From a bacterium (lineage in GTDB: Bacteria; SZUA-182; DTGQ01; JAFGSM01), in contig JBLIRO010000013.1 in NCBI GenBank assembly GCA_049472335.1, forward strand, positions 1 through 64,000: DNA of 64,000 nt, read 5' to 3'. Positions 10,707 to 21,918 of this stretch are shown here, in pieces; the stretch's first letter is position 1, and every line of letters begins with the position of its first letter. The notes beneath the pieces were generated by a model that worked only from the letters and a program-made list of their open reading frames with translations, was not told where the DNA came from and did no database searches. The position numbers and the translations under genes were made by a program.

Positions 10707-12254
10707 ATGAACATCCATGAAGAAAAGATCATTATACTTGATTTCGGCTCTCAATACAGCCAGCTTATTGCCCGCAGGGTCAGGGAAAACCGTGTCTATT
10801 GTGAGATACTTCCCTACAATACCTCCTATGAGGAGATAAAAAAGCAGGGACCTAAAGGGATTATTCTTTCCGGGGGGCCCCATAGCGTTTATGAGCCAGA
10901 CGCCCCTCTCCCTGAAAAAGAGATCCTCCAGGGTGAGTTTCCCATCCTGGGGATATGCTACGGGATGCAGCTCCTGGCATATATGCTGGATGGGGAGGTT
11001 TTAAAGGCCCAAAACAGGGAGTATGGCCATTCCAGGCTTCGGATCTCCGAGTTTTCAAACCTGTTCCATGGTTTTGAAGACAACACGCATCAGGTCTGGA
11101 TGAGCCACGCGGACCGTGTAGTCAAGCTGCCGCCGGGTTTTATTCCCATTGCCGAAACCGATAACTCCCCTACGGCGGTTATGATGAGAAAGGATAAACC
11201 GGTCTTCGGGGTGCAGTTTCATCCGGAGGTCGTTCACACCCCTGACGGGAATCGTATTATTCAGAATTTTCTCTTTCGTATCTGTAATTGCCAATCCAAC
11301 TGGACCATGGCCTCTTTTATTGATTATACTATCAACCGGATCAAAGAAGAGGTTAAAGGCGCGAAGGTTATATGCGCCTTAAGCGGGGGAGTGGACTCTT
11401 CGGTAACCTCGCTCATAATCCATAAGTCCATAGGAAGTCAACTGACATGTGTCTTTGTCAATAATGGTGTCCTGAGAATGGGCGAGGAATGGAATGTCCG
11501 TCAGACATTTCAGGAGCATTTTCACATGAACATGGTATATGTGGATGCCCGGGAAAGATTCCTGTCCAGGCTGGCGGGAGTGACAGATCCGGAGAAAAAG
11601 AGAAAGATTATCGGCAATGAATTCATATTTCTGTTTGAGGAGGAAGCAAAAAAGATCCCGGGCGTAAAGTTTTTGGCTCAGGGGACACTTTACCCGGATG
11701 TAATAGAGAGTGTCTCTGTCAAGGGGCCTTCAGCGACCATAAAATCTCATCACAATGTGGGCGGCTTGCCTGACAAGATGAACCTTATGCTTATAGAGCC
11801 TTTAAGGGAGCTTTTTAAGGACGAGGTCAGGATGGTCGGCAGAGAGCTGGGTTTGCCTGAGGCAATCATCAATCGTCAGCCATTTCCAGGTCCGGGATTG
11901 GCTATCAGGATCCTGGGCGATGTTACAAAAGAGAGGCTGGAAATATTGCGCCAGGCCGACGTAATAGTTCTGGAGGAGATAAAGGATGCCGGACTTTATG
12001 AAGAGATATGGCAATCCTTTGCTGTTTTGCTGCCGGTAAGGACCGTGGGTGTAATGGGGGATGAGAGGACATACGATAACGTCATTACAGTGAGGGCGGT
12101 TACCAGTCAGGATGGGATGACAGCGGATTGGGCGCGACTACCCAATGATCTCCTGGGAAGGATATCCAACAGGATAATCAATGAGGTTAAGGGAGTGAAC
12201 CGGGTGGTTTATGATATAAGCTCCAAGCCGCCGAGCACTATTGAATGGGAATAA
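10707..12254 (+). CDS. guaA: GMP synthase (glutamine-hydrolysing)
   Basis: [45 protein letters not shown]. Confidence 0.98.
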   Translation: MNIHEEKIIILDFGSQYSQLIARRVRENRVYCEILPYNTSYEEIKKQGPKGIILSGGPHSVYEPDAPLPEKEILQGEFPILGICYGMQLLAYMLDGEVLKAQNREYGHSRLRISEFSNLFHGFEDNTHQVWMSHADRVVKLPPGFIPIAETDNSPTAVMMRKDKPVFGVQFHPEVVHTPDGNRIIQNFLFRICNCQSNWTMASFIDYTINRIKEEVKGAKVICALSGGVDSSVTSLIIHKSIGSQLTCVFVNNGVLRMGEEWNVRQTFQEHFHMNMVYVDARERFLSRLAGVTDPEKKRKIIGNEFIFLFEEEAKKIPGVKFLAQGTLYPDVIESVSVKGPSATIKSHHNVGGLPDKMNLMLIEPLRELFKDEVRMVGRELGLPEAIINRQPFPGPGLAIRILGDVTKERLEILRQADVIVLEEIKDAGLYEEIWQSFAVLLPVRTVGVMGDERTYDNVITVRAVTSQDGMTADWARLPNDLLGRISNRIINEVKGVNRVVYDISSKPPSTIEWE

Positions 12255-12282
12255 GAGGAACAATAAAGAGGGAGGTACGATC

Positions 12283-12516
12283 ATGAAGAAGGTAACGGTA
12301 TATTCAACCTCAACCTGTCCTTACTGTAAGATGCTCAAAGATTTTTTGAAGGGTAAAAATGTGTCGTTTGAAAATCTGGATGTCGGGGAGAATCATGCAG
12401 CGGCAAAAGAAATGAAGGAAAAATCCGGACAGTTGGGGGTGCCTGTTGTGGATATAGAGGGAAAGATAATAGTTGGCTTTGAGAAAGAGCAAATAACGAA
12501 GGAACTGGGTATATAG
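12283..12516 (+). CDS. Glutaredoxin / NrdH-like redoxin
   Basis: CPYC and GVPV motifs; ATG at 12283 follows GGAGG, preferred over the track's TTG at 12241. Confidence 0.92.
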   Translation: MKKVTVYSTSTCPYCKMLKDFLKGKNVSFENLDVGENHAAAKEMKEKSGQLGVPVVDIEGKIIVGFEKEQITKELGI

Positions 12517-12577
12517 TATAGAGGAGAATGGACCGCTATTATCAAAATTTGAATTGCCTTGACATAGGACGACGAAA

Positions 12578-13480
12578 ATGTATGATTTGCTGATTGTGGG
12601 GGCCGGGCCGGCAGGGATAACTGCCGGGGTGTATGCGGCACGCAAGAGGATGGATTTTCTGGTTATATCAAAAGATATAGGGGGACAGACCCTCAATAGC
12701 TGGGATATAGAGAACTATACCGGTTATCAGTTTATCACAGGCCCCGAGTTGGTTCAGAAGTTTAAAGAACATCTGGAGCAGTTCCATATAGAAGTCAAAG
12801 AAAACGAGGAGATAACCCTGATAAAAAAAGACTCGGACAAATTCATTATAGAAACGAATAAAGATACCTATGAAGCGAAGACGGCTATTATTGCGTCTGG
12901 CCGCAAGCCCAGACTTTTGGAAGTGGATGGTGAAGATAGATTCAGGAATAAAGGTGTGACCTATTGCGCCACTTGTGATGGTCCTTTATTTGCGGATATG
13001 GATGTCGCGGTTATAGGAGGAGGAAATTCCGCGCTGGAATCAGTATTACAATTGACAAAGATTGCCAAAAAGATCTATCTTGTGGATATCGCTCCCCGGC
13101 TCATCGCTGATCCGATCATGATTGAAAAGGCAGAGGCGAGCCCGAAGGTAATAATTTATAATAGTACAAAAGTAGAAAAGATTTACGGTGATAATTTCGT
13201 TCAGGGGCTCAGGATTACGCATAAGGATAAAACAGAAGACTTGCCGGTTCAGGGGATTTTTATAGAGATCGGGTCCGTCCCTTCTTCCGGTTTTGTAAAG
13301 GATGTCAAAAAGAACGGGGTGGGAGAGATAATGATTAACTGCAGGTCCGAAACCAATGTGCCGGGGCTCTTCGCAGCGGGTGATGTGACGGATGTACCGG
13401 CTAAGCAGATTATCGTTGCATGTGGTGAAGGCGCAAAAGCCGCGCTCAGGGCTTTTGAATATTTGAGCAAAAACAGGTAA
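12578..13480 (+). CDS. trxB: Thioredoxin-disulfide reductase
   Basis: GAGPAG, CATCDG, GGGNSA, FAAGD. Confidence 0.9.
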   Translation: MYDLLIVGAGPAGITAGVYAARKRMDFLVISKDIGGQTLNSWDIENYTGYQFITGPELVQKFKEHLEQFHIEVKENEEITLIKKDSDKFIIETNKDTYEAKTAIIASGRKPRLLEVDGEDRFRNKGVTYCATCDGPLFADMDVAVIGGGNSALESVLQLTKIAKKIYLVDIAPRLIADPIMIEKAEASPKVIIYNSTKVEKIYGDNFVQGLRITHKDKTEDLPVQGIFIEIGSVPSSGFVKDVKKNGVGEIMINCRSETNVPGLFAAGDVTDVPAKQIIVACGEGAKAALRAFEYLSKNR

Positions 13481-13496
13481 AAGGAGGTATTGAAAA

Positions 13497-13661
13497 ATGG
13501 ATAGATATGTATGCACAGTATGTGGTTATGTCTATGATCCGGCAGAGGGAGACCCTGAATCCGGTATCGAGCCGGGGACGTCTTTTGATGAGCTTCCGGA
13601 TGATTGGGTATGTCCGGTTTGCGGCGCATCTAAAGACGAGTTTGAGAAGGAAGAGGAATAA
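13497..13661 (+). CDS. Rubredoxin (54 aa, absent from the ORF track)
   Basis: [54 protein letters not shown]; two CxxCG motifs; AGGAGG RBS. Confidence 0.97.
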   Translation: MDRYVCTVCGYVYDPAEGDPESGIEPGTSFDELPDDWVCPVCGASKDEFEKEEE

Positions 13662-13710
13662 AAGGAACAGGGATTAATATAAAACAGGAATTAATTTAAG
13701 AGCAATAACT

Positions 13711-16700
13711 ATGTCAGAATTCGTACACCTCCATTGTCATACATCCTATAGCCTTTTGGATGGTGCCTGCAGGATCGATCAGCTTCTGGATCAAGCCAGG
13801 ACATTCGGCATGGATTCTCTTGCCATAACGGACCACGGTTCCATGTTCGGAACCATAGAGTTCTATCAAGGCGCCAAAAAGAGGGGGCTGTCGCCCATCC
13901 TGGGGTGCGAAACCTATCTGGCCCCTGAAAGCCGCTTCACCAAGTCCGGCCACGGCATACATGACGCGGCCTATCATCTTGTGCTCCTGGCAGAAAACAC
14001 AGAAGGTTATTACAATCTCGTGCGTCTTGTATCTTCCGGTTATTTGGAGGGTTTTTATTATCGTCCCAGAATCGATAAGGAAATACTTGCCCAATATAGC
14101 AAAGGACTTATAGGGATGAGCGCCTGTCTGAAGGGAGAGATCCCTGCTTTATTATTGGCGGGAAAGGAAAAGGAAGCAAAAAAGGTTGCCGGGGAATATG
14201 CGGATATCTTCGGCAAAGAGAACTTTTTCCTGGAGATTATGGATAACGATCTTCCAGAGCAGAAAAAGGTCAATCCCGGTTTGATAAAGCTGGGCAAAGA
14301 CCTGGGACTCGGAATAGTCGCCACGAACGATTGTCATTATCTCTACCGGGAAGATAGCTCCGCCCATGAGGTGCTCCTATGTCTTCAAACAGGTAAAACA
14401 CTTGATGATCCAAAGCGTATGAGTATGTCTAGCGACCAATTTTACTTTCGAAGCCCTGAGGAGATGATCAGTATTTTCAAGGATTATCCCGAAGCCATCT
14501 CAAATACCCTTTCTATTGCCGGACGATGCAGTGTGGACATAGAGTTTGGAAAGATTCACCTCCCCCGTTATCAAACACCCGGTGATATAGGCCTTGATGA
14601 ATATCTGAAAAAACTGGCATATGAAGGGCTCCACCGGAGATATCCCTGGCTTGAAAAAGGGGGAAACACGGAAGATGAGAAACAGAGAGGGGAAGAAATA
14701 AACAAGAGGCTGGAAAAGGAGCTGGAAATCATAGCCAAGATGGGCTATCCCGGGTACTTTCTTATTGTGTGGGATTTTATAAATTACGCCCGTCAGAAAG
14801 GGGTACCTGTAGGGCCAGGTCGTGGTTCGGCCGCGGGTAGCCTTGTAGCTTATTCTCTCGGCATCACGGACCTCGATCCCCTGGATTACGGACTCTTGTT
14901 TGAGCGGTTCCTGAATCCCGAAAGGGTCAGCATGCCGGATATTGATGTGGACTTTTGCATGAACCGCAGGGATGAGGTCATCGAGTATGTGACCAATAAG
15001 TATGGCAAGGATAATGTCGCCCAGATCATTACGTTTGGAACGATGGCGGCTCGAGGCGTGGTGCGTGATGTGGGAAGGGTCCTGGGCATGTCTTATGGAG
15101 AAGTGGATAAATTGGCTAAGATGATCCCCAACATCCTTAAGATTACCCTTAAAGATGCTATCGAGATGGAGTCCAGGCTCAAAAACCTTATTCAAAGCAA
15201 CCCCGAGATTGCCCGCCTTTTCCAGATTAGTCAGGCACTGGAAGGGCTTGCCAGGCATGCGTCAACTCATGCCGCCGGTATAGTTATTACCCCGGACCCC
15301 TTGGTAGAGTATCTTCCTCTCTATCGCGGGCAAAAGGGTGAAGTTGTAACCCAATTTACTATGGGGGACGTGGAAAAGATAGGTCTTTTAAAGATGGATT
15401 TTCTGGGCCTTAGAACGCTCACCGTTATCCAGGACACCCTCAAACTTATCAAAGAGGCGAGAGAAGAAACGGTCGATCTGAGCCGCATTTCCATGAAGGA
15501 TCGTAAGACCTTCAATCTTCTTAAATCCGCGCGAACAGTAGGGGTGTTCCAGCTTGAAAGCACGGGCATGAGAGACCTTCTCCGAAGGCTGAAGCCGGAA
15601 AACTTCGAGGACCTCATTGCGCTTGTCGCGCTGTTTCGTCCCGGCCCCCTGGGAAGCGGAATGGTGGACGATTTTATCAAGCGCAAGCACGGTCATGTGG
15701 AGATCACCTACGATCATCCGAAATTAAAGCGGATACTCAAAGAAACCTATGGTATCATTGTATACCAGGAGCAGGTGATGCAGATCGCTTCTGAGCTGGC
15801 AGGTTTTACACTGGGACAGGCGGATCTGCTCAGAAGGGCAATGGGTAAAAAGAAACAAAAGGTGATGGATGAACAGCGGGCCCATTTTCTCGAAGGAACC
15901 AGGAAAAACGGGATTCCGGATGATCTCGCTCAAAAGGTCTTTGATCTTATGTCCTATTTTGCCGGTTATGGTTTCAATAAGTCCCATAGCGCTGCTTATG
16001 CCCTTATCTCATATCAAACAGCGTATCTTAAGGCGCATTACCCTGTGGAGTTTATGGCCGCACTGCTTACAAGTGAAATGGAAAATACGGATAAGGTAGT
16101 GAAATATATAGCTGAGGCCAGGGAGATGAAGATAAAGACCCTGCCTCCTGATGTCAATGAGAGCTCGGTAACCTTTCGAGTGGTAAAGGATCACATACGT
16201 TTTGGTTTGGCGGCGGTGAAGAACGTGGGTGAAACCGCAGTAAGGTCCATATTGGAGGCGAGAGAAAAGGACGGCTCATTCCTTTCCCTGTACGACTTTT
16301 GCAAGAGAGTGGATCTCAGGGTGGTAAACAAGAGGGTCATTGAAAGCCTCATTAATTGTGGCGCCTTTGATTCCCTGAAGGTCAAAAGATCTCAGCTTAT
16401 GGCAATTTCAGACCAGGCTATGGACCTTGCCCAGCAGGCCCAGAAAGCTACACAAAGCAGGCAGATCGGACTTTTTGCCATTGACAATTCCGGTGATGGA
16501 GACGCTGAACCCGGTATTGACCTTCCTGATATCCCGGAATGGCCGGAGTCTCAGAGATTGACGGCTGAAAAGGAGGTTTTGGGTTTCTATCTTACCGGAC
16601 ATCCCCTTACAAGGTTCAATAACAAATTACGAAAATATACCACCTATTCTTCTCAAAACCTCTTGAATGCCCATGATGGCGGGAATGTAAACCTGGGAGG

Positions 16701-17181
16701 CATACTCAGCCTTACAAAAGAGATTACGACAAAAAAGGGAGAGAGGATGGGATTTGCCAATTTGGAGGACCTTTATGGAGTCGTAGAGATTGTACTTTTC
16801 CCTGAGTTGTACAAGGCAAGCCTTCCGATGATCGAGGAGGAAATCCCGGTAATAGTAAAGGGCCAGGTTGATATTAAAGAGGATATGGCAAAGGTTACTG
16901 CCACGGAGGTTATCGCCCTTTCGGATGCGGATAAGCATTTTGCCAGGAATATTCATATAAAGATGTTTATCCCCGATTTGACGGAAGAATGCCTCAAAAA
17001 GCTTCATAATCTGTGTTATCAACACAGGGGCAATTGCCACCTTTATCTTCATCTTGAAAGCGCCGGGGGAGACGAGGTGGTGTTAAAACCGGAATCCAAG
17101 ATCAAAATCGAACCTAAAGAGCCCTTTTTGGAAGCAGTGGAAGGCCTTCTTGGCAAGGATTCCTTTTATTTGGAAAGTTAG
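13711..17181 (+). CDS. dnaE: DNA polymerase III alpha subunit
   Basis: PHP domain HLHCHTSYSLLDG, GPGRGSAAGS, MPDIDVDF, GFNKSHS. Confidence 0.98.
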   Translation: MSEFVHLHCHTSYSLLDGACRIDQLLDQARTFGMDSLAITDHGSMFGTIEFYQGAKKRGLSPILGCETYLAPESRFTKSGHGIHDAAYHLVLLAENTEGYYNLVRLVSSGYLEGFYYRPRIDKEILAQYSKGLIGMSACLKGEIPALLLAGKEKEAKKVAGEYADIFGKENFFLEIMDNDLPEQKKVNPGLIKLGKDLGLGIVATNDCHYLYREDSSAHEVLLCLQTGKTLDDPKRMSMSSDQFYFRSPEEMISIFKDYPEAISNTLSIAGRCSVDIEFGKIHLPRYQTPGDIGLDEYLKKLAYEGLHRRYPWLEKGGNTEDEKQRGEEINKRLEKELEIIAKMGYPGYFLIVWDFINYARQKGVPVGPGRGSAAGSLVAYSLGITDLDPLDYGLLFERFLNPERVSMPDIDVDFCMNRRDEVIEYVTNKYGKDNVAQIITFGTMAARGVVRDVGRVLGMSYGEVDKLAKMIPNILKITLKDAIEMESRLKNLIQSNPEIARLFQISQALEGLARHASTHAAGIVITPDPLVEYLPLYRGQKGEVVTQFTMGDVEKIGLLKMDFLGLRTLTVIQDTLKLIKEAREETVDLSRISMKDRKTFNLLKSARTVGVFQLESTGMRDLLRRLKPENFEDLIALVALFRPGPLGSGMVDDFIKRKHGHVEITYDHPKLKRILKETYGIIVYQEQVMQIASELAGFTLGQADLLRRAMGKKKQKVMDEQRAHFLEGTRKNGIPDDLAQKVFDLMSYFAGYGFNKSHSAAYALISYQTAYLKAHYPVEFMAALLTSEMENTDKVVKYIAEAREMKIKTLPPDVNESSVTFRVVKDHIRFGLAAVKNVGETAVRSILEAREKDGSFLSLYDFCKRVDLRVVNKRVIESLINCGAFDSLKVKRSQLMAISDQAMDLAQQAQKATQSRQIGLFAIDNSGDGDAEPGIDLPDIPEWPESQRLTAEKEVLGFYLTGHPLTRFNNKLRKYTTYSSQNLLNAHDGGNVNLGGILSLTKEITTKKGERMGFANLEDLYGVVEIVLFPELYKASLPMIEEEIPVIVKGQVDIKEDMAKVTATEVIALSDADKHFARNIHIKMFIPDLTEECLKKLHNLCYQHRGNCHLYLHLESAGGDEVVLKPESKIKIEPKEPFLEAVEGLLGKDSFYLES

Positions 17182-17228
17182 ATATGATGTATATAGAAAA
17201 TGGTGCATATATAAAAAGGAAGGGATGA

Positions 17229-18188
17229 ATGGCCGATACCGTTTTGGATTTCGAAAAACCTTTTGTAGATCTGGATGAACTGATCCAGGAAACTCAAAAG
17301 CGTATATCTGACTGGAATCCTGAAGTAAAATCCGAGCTGAGAAAGCTAAAGCGCAAAAGGGTAAAACTTTACAGGGAGCTTTATCCAGGTCTTACACCAT
17401 GGCAGAGGACTCAACTGGCACGCCATCCGGACCGTCCATACACTCTGGACTATATCAATCTCATGTGTGAAGATGCAATAGAGATCCATGGGGATAGAAG
17501 GTTTGCCGATGATCATGCCATTGTTACATGTCTTGCTAAAATGGATGGTGAGCCATTGGTTGTTATCGGCCATCAGAAGGGGAGGGGGACAAAAGAAAAT
17601 ATCTTTCGCAATTTTGGAATGCCCAATCCGGAAGGATACCGGAAAGCCCTGAGGGCCATGTTGCTGGCGGAAAAATTTAACATTCCGGTCCTGACACTTA
17701 TTGATACGCCCGGCGCGTATCCCGGGATCGGTGCTGAGGAGAGGGGGCAGGCCGAGGCCATTGCAAAAAATCTTTATGAAATGGCGAGATTAAGAACCCC
17801 GATTGTCTCACTGGTCATAGGTGAGGGCGGCAGCGGAGGCGCGCTTGGCATAGGTGTGACAGACAGGATCTTGATGCTTGAGAACAGCATTTATTCTGTC
17901 ATATCACCAGAGGCTTGTGCGACAATACTGTGGAAGAATAGAGAAAAGGCAATGGATGTTGCGGAAGCTCTTAAAATGACAGCCCAGGATCTCTTACAAT
18001 TCAAGATCATTGATGAAGTGGTTAAAGAACCTCTCGGGGGAGCCCATAGAGATTATACCCAGGCCACCCATATTGTCCGCCGTGTTATTCGCCGCCATAT
18101 CGCGGAATTGAAAAGCATCCCTTTAGATGAGCTTATATTGAAAAGATACGAGAAATACCGCAGTATTGGGGTATATAGAGAAGCGTGA
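17229..18188 (+). CDS. accA: Acetyl-CoA carboxylase carboxyltransferase alpha subunit
   Basis: LDFEKP, ARHPDRP, IDTPGAYPGIGAEERGQ, GEGGSGGAL. Confidence 0.97.
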   Translation: MADTVLDFEKPFVDLDELIQETQKRISDWNPEVKSELRKLKRKRVKLYRELYPGLTPWQRTQLARHPDRPYTLDYINLMCEDAIEIHGDRRFADDHAIVTCLAKMDGEPLVVIGHQKGRGTKENIFRNFGMPNPEGYRKALRAMLLAEKFNIPVLTLIDTPGAYPGIGAEERGQAEAIAKNLYEMARLRTPIVSLVIGEGGSGGALGIGVTDRILMLENSIYSVISPEACATILWKNREKAMDVAEALKMTAQDLLQFKIIDEVVKEPLGGAHRDYTQATHIVRRVIRRHIAELKSIPLDELILKRYEKYRSIGVYREA

Positions 18189-18264
18189 ACGTAAAATAAT
18201 CAAACTGATTTCAGTTAGATTATAGACAGATTCAGATTAAAATCTTTGAACCCCCTTCTTTTTT

Positions 18265-19980
18265 ATGAATCTACTAACTCAAGAAGATCTGGAACGAACC
18301 CTTACCAGAATTGACGGGCGCGGGTACAAGGCCTACAAAGATATCAAAGGCGCCTATTCCTTTCCCGGATTTACCCTGTTTATTGACCATGTACAAGGGG
18401 ATCCCTTTGCCTCTCCCAGCCGTCTGAGGGCAAGGGTGCCTCAAAAGAGGGCGGGATATCCCCCGGAAACCTTTACACCAAAAAGCAGGGAGGTAGCCCT
18501 GTGTTCCTATCTTACTGAAAGATTTGCCCTGAAGGCCAGACGTCTCTCCACCAGAAAAGGTTCAGGAAAAAGCGGACTCATACAGATCGATGCACCGGGC
18601 CAGGAGATCCTTGAGAGGACCTCCATGAATATTTCTACAGAGCATCTGGAGGCAAGGTTCGTGGTGGGTCTTCCCGCTGACGGGAGAAGGGTCAAGGGCG
18701 GGGAGGCCATCCAGATCCTGTGTCGTCATATCCCGGCGATAATTTCTGAGGGTTTGCTATATGAAAACAATGACAAGAATAAGATTGAGCGATATGTGAA
18801 GGTAAACCAGGATGCAGATTATCTCCGTGCGGCCCTTAAAGAAAAAGACCTTGTTGCATTTGTCGCAGATGAAAGTATTCTCCCAAGGTGGTCTGGAGTG
18901 GATGACAGGCCGCTTCAAACCGGTGATGTTATTTCTTTTAGATCCCCGGAAAGTCTGAGGTTTGCATTTAATCTCCCTAACCATGGTCATGTTAGCGGGA
19001 TGGGTATACCACAGGGAGTGACCCTGATTGTAGGCGGAGGGTTTCATGGGAAGTCTACCCTGCTGAATGCACTGGAGCTGGGGATTTATAACCACAAACC
19101 CGGAGATGGAAGGGAATTTGTAGTTACTGATCCCGGGGCTGTGAAAATCAGGGCGGAGGATGGCCGGAGGGTATGGGGGGTAAATATATCCCCCTTTATA
19201 ACAAACCTTCCCTATGGACAGGATACGACATTTTTCTGCTCGGACAACGCGTCCGGTTCCACCTCCCAGGCCGCCAATATTATCGAGGCCCTGGAGGTGG
19301 GGGCCACATTGCTTCTTGTGGATGAAGACACAGCAGCCACCAATTTTATGATCCGTGACCATCGTATGCAGGAACTGGTGAACAAAGATAAGGAACCGAT
19401 CACGCCTTTTATAGACAAGGTAAGACAGCTTTATCAGGACCTTGGCGTATCGACAATACTCGTCATAGGAGGAAGCGGAGATTATTTTGATGTCGCGGAT
19501 ACTGTTATAGCCATGGAAAACTATGTGCCAAAAGATGTAACAAGTGATGCCAGGGAAATTGCCATAAGATACAGGGCTGAGCGTAAATCTGAGGGAGGCG
19601 GGGAATTTGGCCAAATCACACCCAGGGTCCCCCTTGCCGGAAGTATAGATCCCAGCCGCGGCCGGAGGGAGGTAAACATAAAGACGAGAGGCCTGCGGCT
19701 TGTTCAGTTCGGTGAGGAAACCATCGATCTCAGCGCCATTGAGCAGCTCGTAGACTTCAGCCAGACAAGGGCGTTGGCAGACGCCCTGTTTTACGCAAGG
19801 GAACACCATATGAATAATCATAATACTACACGGGATGTATTAGAAGCCGTGATGACAGACATACAAAGAAAGGGCCTGGATGTATTAAACAGAAGACCTA
19901 TTGGAGATTATGCTATATTCAGGAAATTCGAGCTCGCTGCGGCATTGAATCGTTTACGTTCCCTTGATGTCGCTAAATGA
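18265..19980 (+). CDS. ABC-class ATPase domain protein (ABC_ATPase family)
   Basis: HVQGDPFASPS, GGGFHGKST, ASGSTSQAA, DEDTAATNFMIRD. Confidence 0.88.
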   Translation: MNLLTQEDLERTLTRIDGRGYKAYKDIKGAYSFPGFTLFIDHVQGDPFASPSRLRARVPQKRAGYPPETFTPKSREVALCSYLTERFALKARRLSTRKGSGKSGLIQIDAPGQEILERTSMNISTEHLEARFVVGLPADGRRVKGGEAIQILCRHIPAIISEGLLYENNDKNKIERYVKVNQDADYLRAALKEKDLVAFVADESILPRWSGVDDRPLQTGDVISFRSPESLRFAFNLPNHGHVSGMGIPQGVTLIVGGGFHGKSTLLNALELGIYNHKPGDGREFVVTDPGAVKIRAEDGRRVWGVNISPFITNLPYGQDTTFFCSDNASGSTSQAANIIEALEVGATLLLVDEDTAATNFMIRDHRMQELVNKDKEPITPFIDKVRQLYQDLGVSTILVIGGSGDYFDVADTVIAMENYVPKDVTSDAREIAIRYRAERKSEGGGEFGQITPRVPLAGSIDPSRGRREVNIKTRGLRLVQFGEETIDLSAIEQLVDFSQTRALADALFYAREHHMNNHNTTRDVLEAVMTDIQRKGLDVLNRRPIGDYAIFRKFELAAALNRLRSLDVAK

Positions 19981-20128
19981 AAAAGAAAAAGGGGACAGAT
20001 CCTAATTCTTTGTATTTACTAGTAATTTTTAGGGCATGGAAGACACATGGTTAATGATCTTTTTATCAAAAACAGTCTTATATCAAGAAATATTTTTTTA
20101 AAGCCATTAAACAAAAGGAGGAATTAAG

Positions 20129-20410
20129 ATGGTAACGGCGCTTGTTCTTTTAACCGTACAGAGAGATAAAGTAAATGATGTGGCGGATAAACTTGCATCC
20201 ATGGATGGTGTGTCCGAGGTTTACTCACTTGCAGGCAGGTATGATCTTGCCGCAATAATAAGAGTCTCTAAAAACGAAGGATTGTCGGAATTGGTTACAA
20301 ATCACATGTTAAAGGTTGAGGGGATTATCAAGTCAGAAACCCTTATAGCTTTTCGTGTGTATTCTAGACATGACTTAGAGATCATGTTTTCAATAGGCTT
20401 GGAAGAGTAA
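20129..20410 (+). CDS. Lrp/AsnC ligand-binding domain protein (no HTH)
   Basis: 93 aa; GVSEVYSLAGRYDL motif. Confidence 0.88.
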   Translation: MVTALVLLTVQRDKVNDVADKLASMDGVSEVYSLAGRYDLAAIIRVSKNEGLSELVTNHMLKVEGIIKSETLIAFRVYSRHDLEIMFSIGLEE

Positions 20411-20419
20411 CTTGTCTTA

Positions 20420-20446
20420 TTAGGGCGGGAAAAAGTCCCGCCCTAA
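20420..20446. terminator. Bidirectional intrinsic terminator
   Basis: TTAGGGCGGGA-AAAAG-TCCCGCCCTAA perfect 11-bp stem between convergent genes. Confidence 0.8.
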
Positions 20447-20454
20447 ATGTATAT

Positions 20455-21918
20455 CTATGGAATGATTCGAATTGAATCGGTTCCTATAATGGATGTACCA
20501 TCATTCAAATTGCCGGTCAAGGTTGCTATTGTATCGTCTTCTGAGAATATATCGGCATTTTCAAATTGAGCTACAAGGTCTTGATATTCATCCTCATTAA
20601 CATCTTCATAATTAATAAGTAGAATATCATTTTTGACTGCTTTGATTTTTAAAAGCTCTTCTAATCTCAAGCTTGCAAAATCAATATCTTTTACATTAAA
20701 GTCAGGACCACCTAAAACAGCAACAGAAATTACACCTTTTCCGTTTTTGTTGATAGCGTTCGGTTCTCCACCGGGCTTAATATCTATTGTGACTTCCTTA
20801 AGCGGTGGTGTCCATAAGAATGCGAATGGAATAAAATTTTCGGGTGAGTAACCCATACCCGTAACCTGCCCATGGTCATTAATGTCCGTCACCCATAAAA
20901 TATATGGTTCTCCAATCATCTCTCCAAAATCAATCATCCCACTATCTTCTGAATAGATAAAAGCAGCCGAATCCAAAGGGAAACCCCCTGGATCCTGTTT
21001 TTCACAAATGCCAACAAGCTGCCCTTTATTATTAATGGCAGTGGCCTGAGAATAATTCATTCCTGGTAATGTTCCAATATTCATCATACCCTTTTCTTCG
21101 CTCCAGAAAAAGGCATAATGATCAACAGCATAACACTCATCTTCAGCACATTCATATCTCCAGGAATTGCCCACGACTTCATTCTTGTCATTGATACCTA
21201 TAGCCCAGGATTCTGTTCTGCCGGGAAGAGTTCCAAGATCTCTCATTCCATTATCTTTTGTCCATTTGAAGGCATGACCCTCAAAATCGTCAGTCATACT
21301 ATCACCAACAATATGACCAAGATTATTAATAGCGGCACCGCCACTATAACTATAATGCCCGCTTCCAAGTGATCCCAGATCTCTTATCATGCCATCTTCC
21401 AAAAGAAATGCTGTCGATGAACCCGATTCAGTTGATCTTGAACCAGTGATTTGGCCCTGGTTATTAATCCCCCCTGCCCCTGAAAAGCCTTCACCGAGTA
21501 AAGGTTTAAGGCTTATCATTCCACTATCCTCTGTATAGAGGAAAGCACTATAGCTTTCATAATAACCATAATCGGATATAATGGCCATATCACCAACGAT
21601 GTCACCATTTTCATTGATATCATTTGCCCAGGTCCAGATTTTTTCATCTGTACCCATATTGAGTAATTTAAATCCTTTATCTTTCGACCAGGTAAAAGCG
21701 TGCACCTCGTCTGGTTCATAACCCCCTGGTATAAGTTTTGTCACAGTACCAGCAACTTCCCCTTTGTTATTAACAGCATTGATACCTATAAAATCATAAT
21801 CTATTCCTTCAGGTTCGATGATTGTCAGTTCTGCTGAAATTGTCCGGATACTTGTTAACAGTGCAAATACGATTACAAATAATATTGATGCTATTATTTT
21901 ACTGATTTTCCTTTTCAT
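20455..21918 (-). CDS. Secreted HAF-repeat protein with C-terminal IDIKPG domain
   Basis: Signal peptide; repeated INN.GQI.G...HAF.W...GM.DLGTLPG units. Confidence 0.85.
   Translation of the reverse strand: MKRKISKIIASILFVIVFALLTSIRTISAELTIIEPEGIDYDFIGINAVNNKGEVAGTVTKLIPGGYEPDEVHAFTWSKDKGFKLLNMGTDEKIWTWANDINENGDIVGDMAIISDYGYYESYSAFLYTEDSGMISLKPLLGEGFSGAGGINNQGQITGSRSTESGSSTAFLLEDGMIRDLGSLGSGHYSYSGGAAINNLGHIVGDSMTDDFEGHAFKWTKDNGMRDLGTLPGRTESWAIGINDKNEVVGNSWRYECAEDECYAVDHYAFFWSEEKGMMNIGTLPGMNYSQATAINNKGQLVGICEKQDPGGFPLDSAAFIYSEDSGMIDFGEMIGEPYILWVTDINDHGQVTGMGYSPENFIPFAFLWTPPLKEVTIDIKPGGEPNAINKNGKGVISVAVLGGPDFNVKDIDFASLRLEELLKIKAVKNDILLINYEDVNEDEYQDLVAQFENADIFSEDDTIATLTGNLNDGTSIIGTDSIRIIP

Noticed and set aside
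13711..17181. Intein or split in dnaE
   Set aside because: Normal length, continuous motifs and no intein signatures
18757..19821. 354-aa antisense ORF, and similar ones inside dnaE, the permease and the SoxB-like gene
   Set aside because: They lie wholly opposite well-supported genes and show no recognisable motifs
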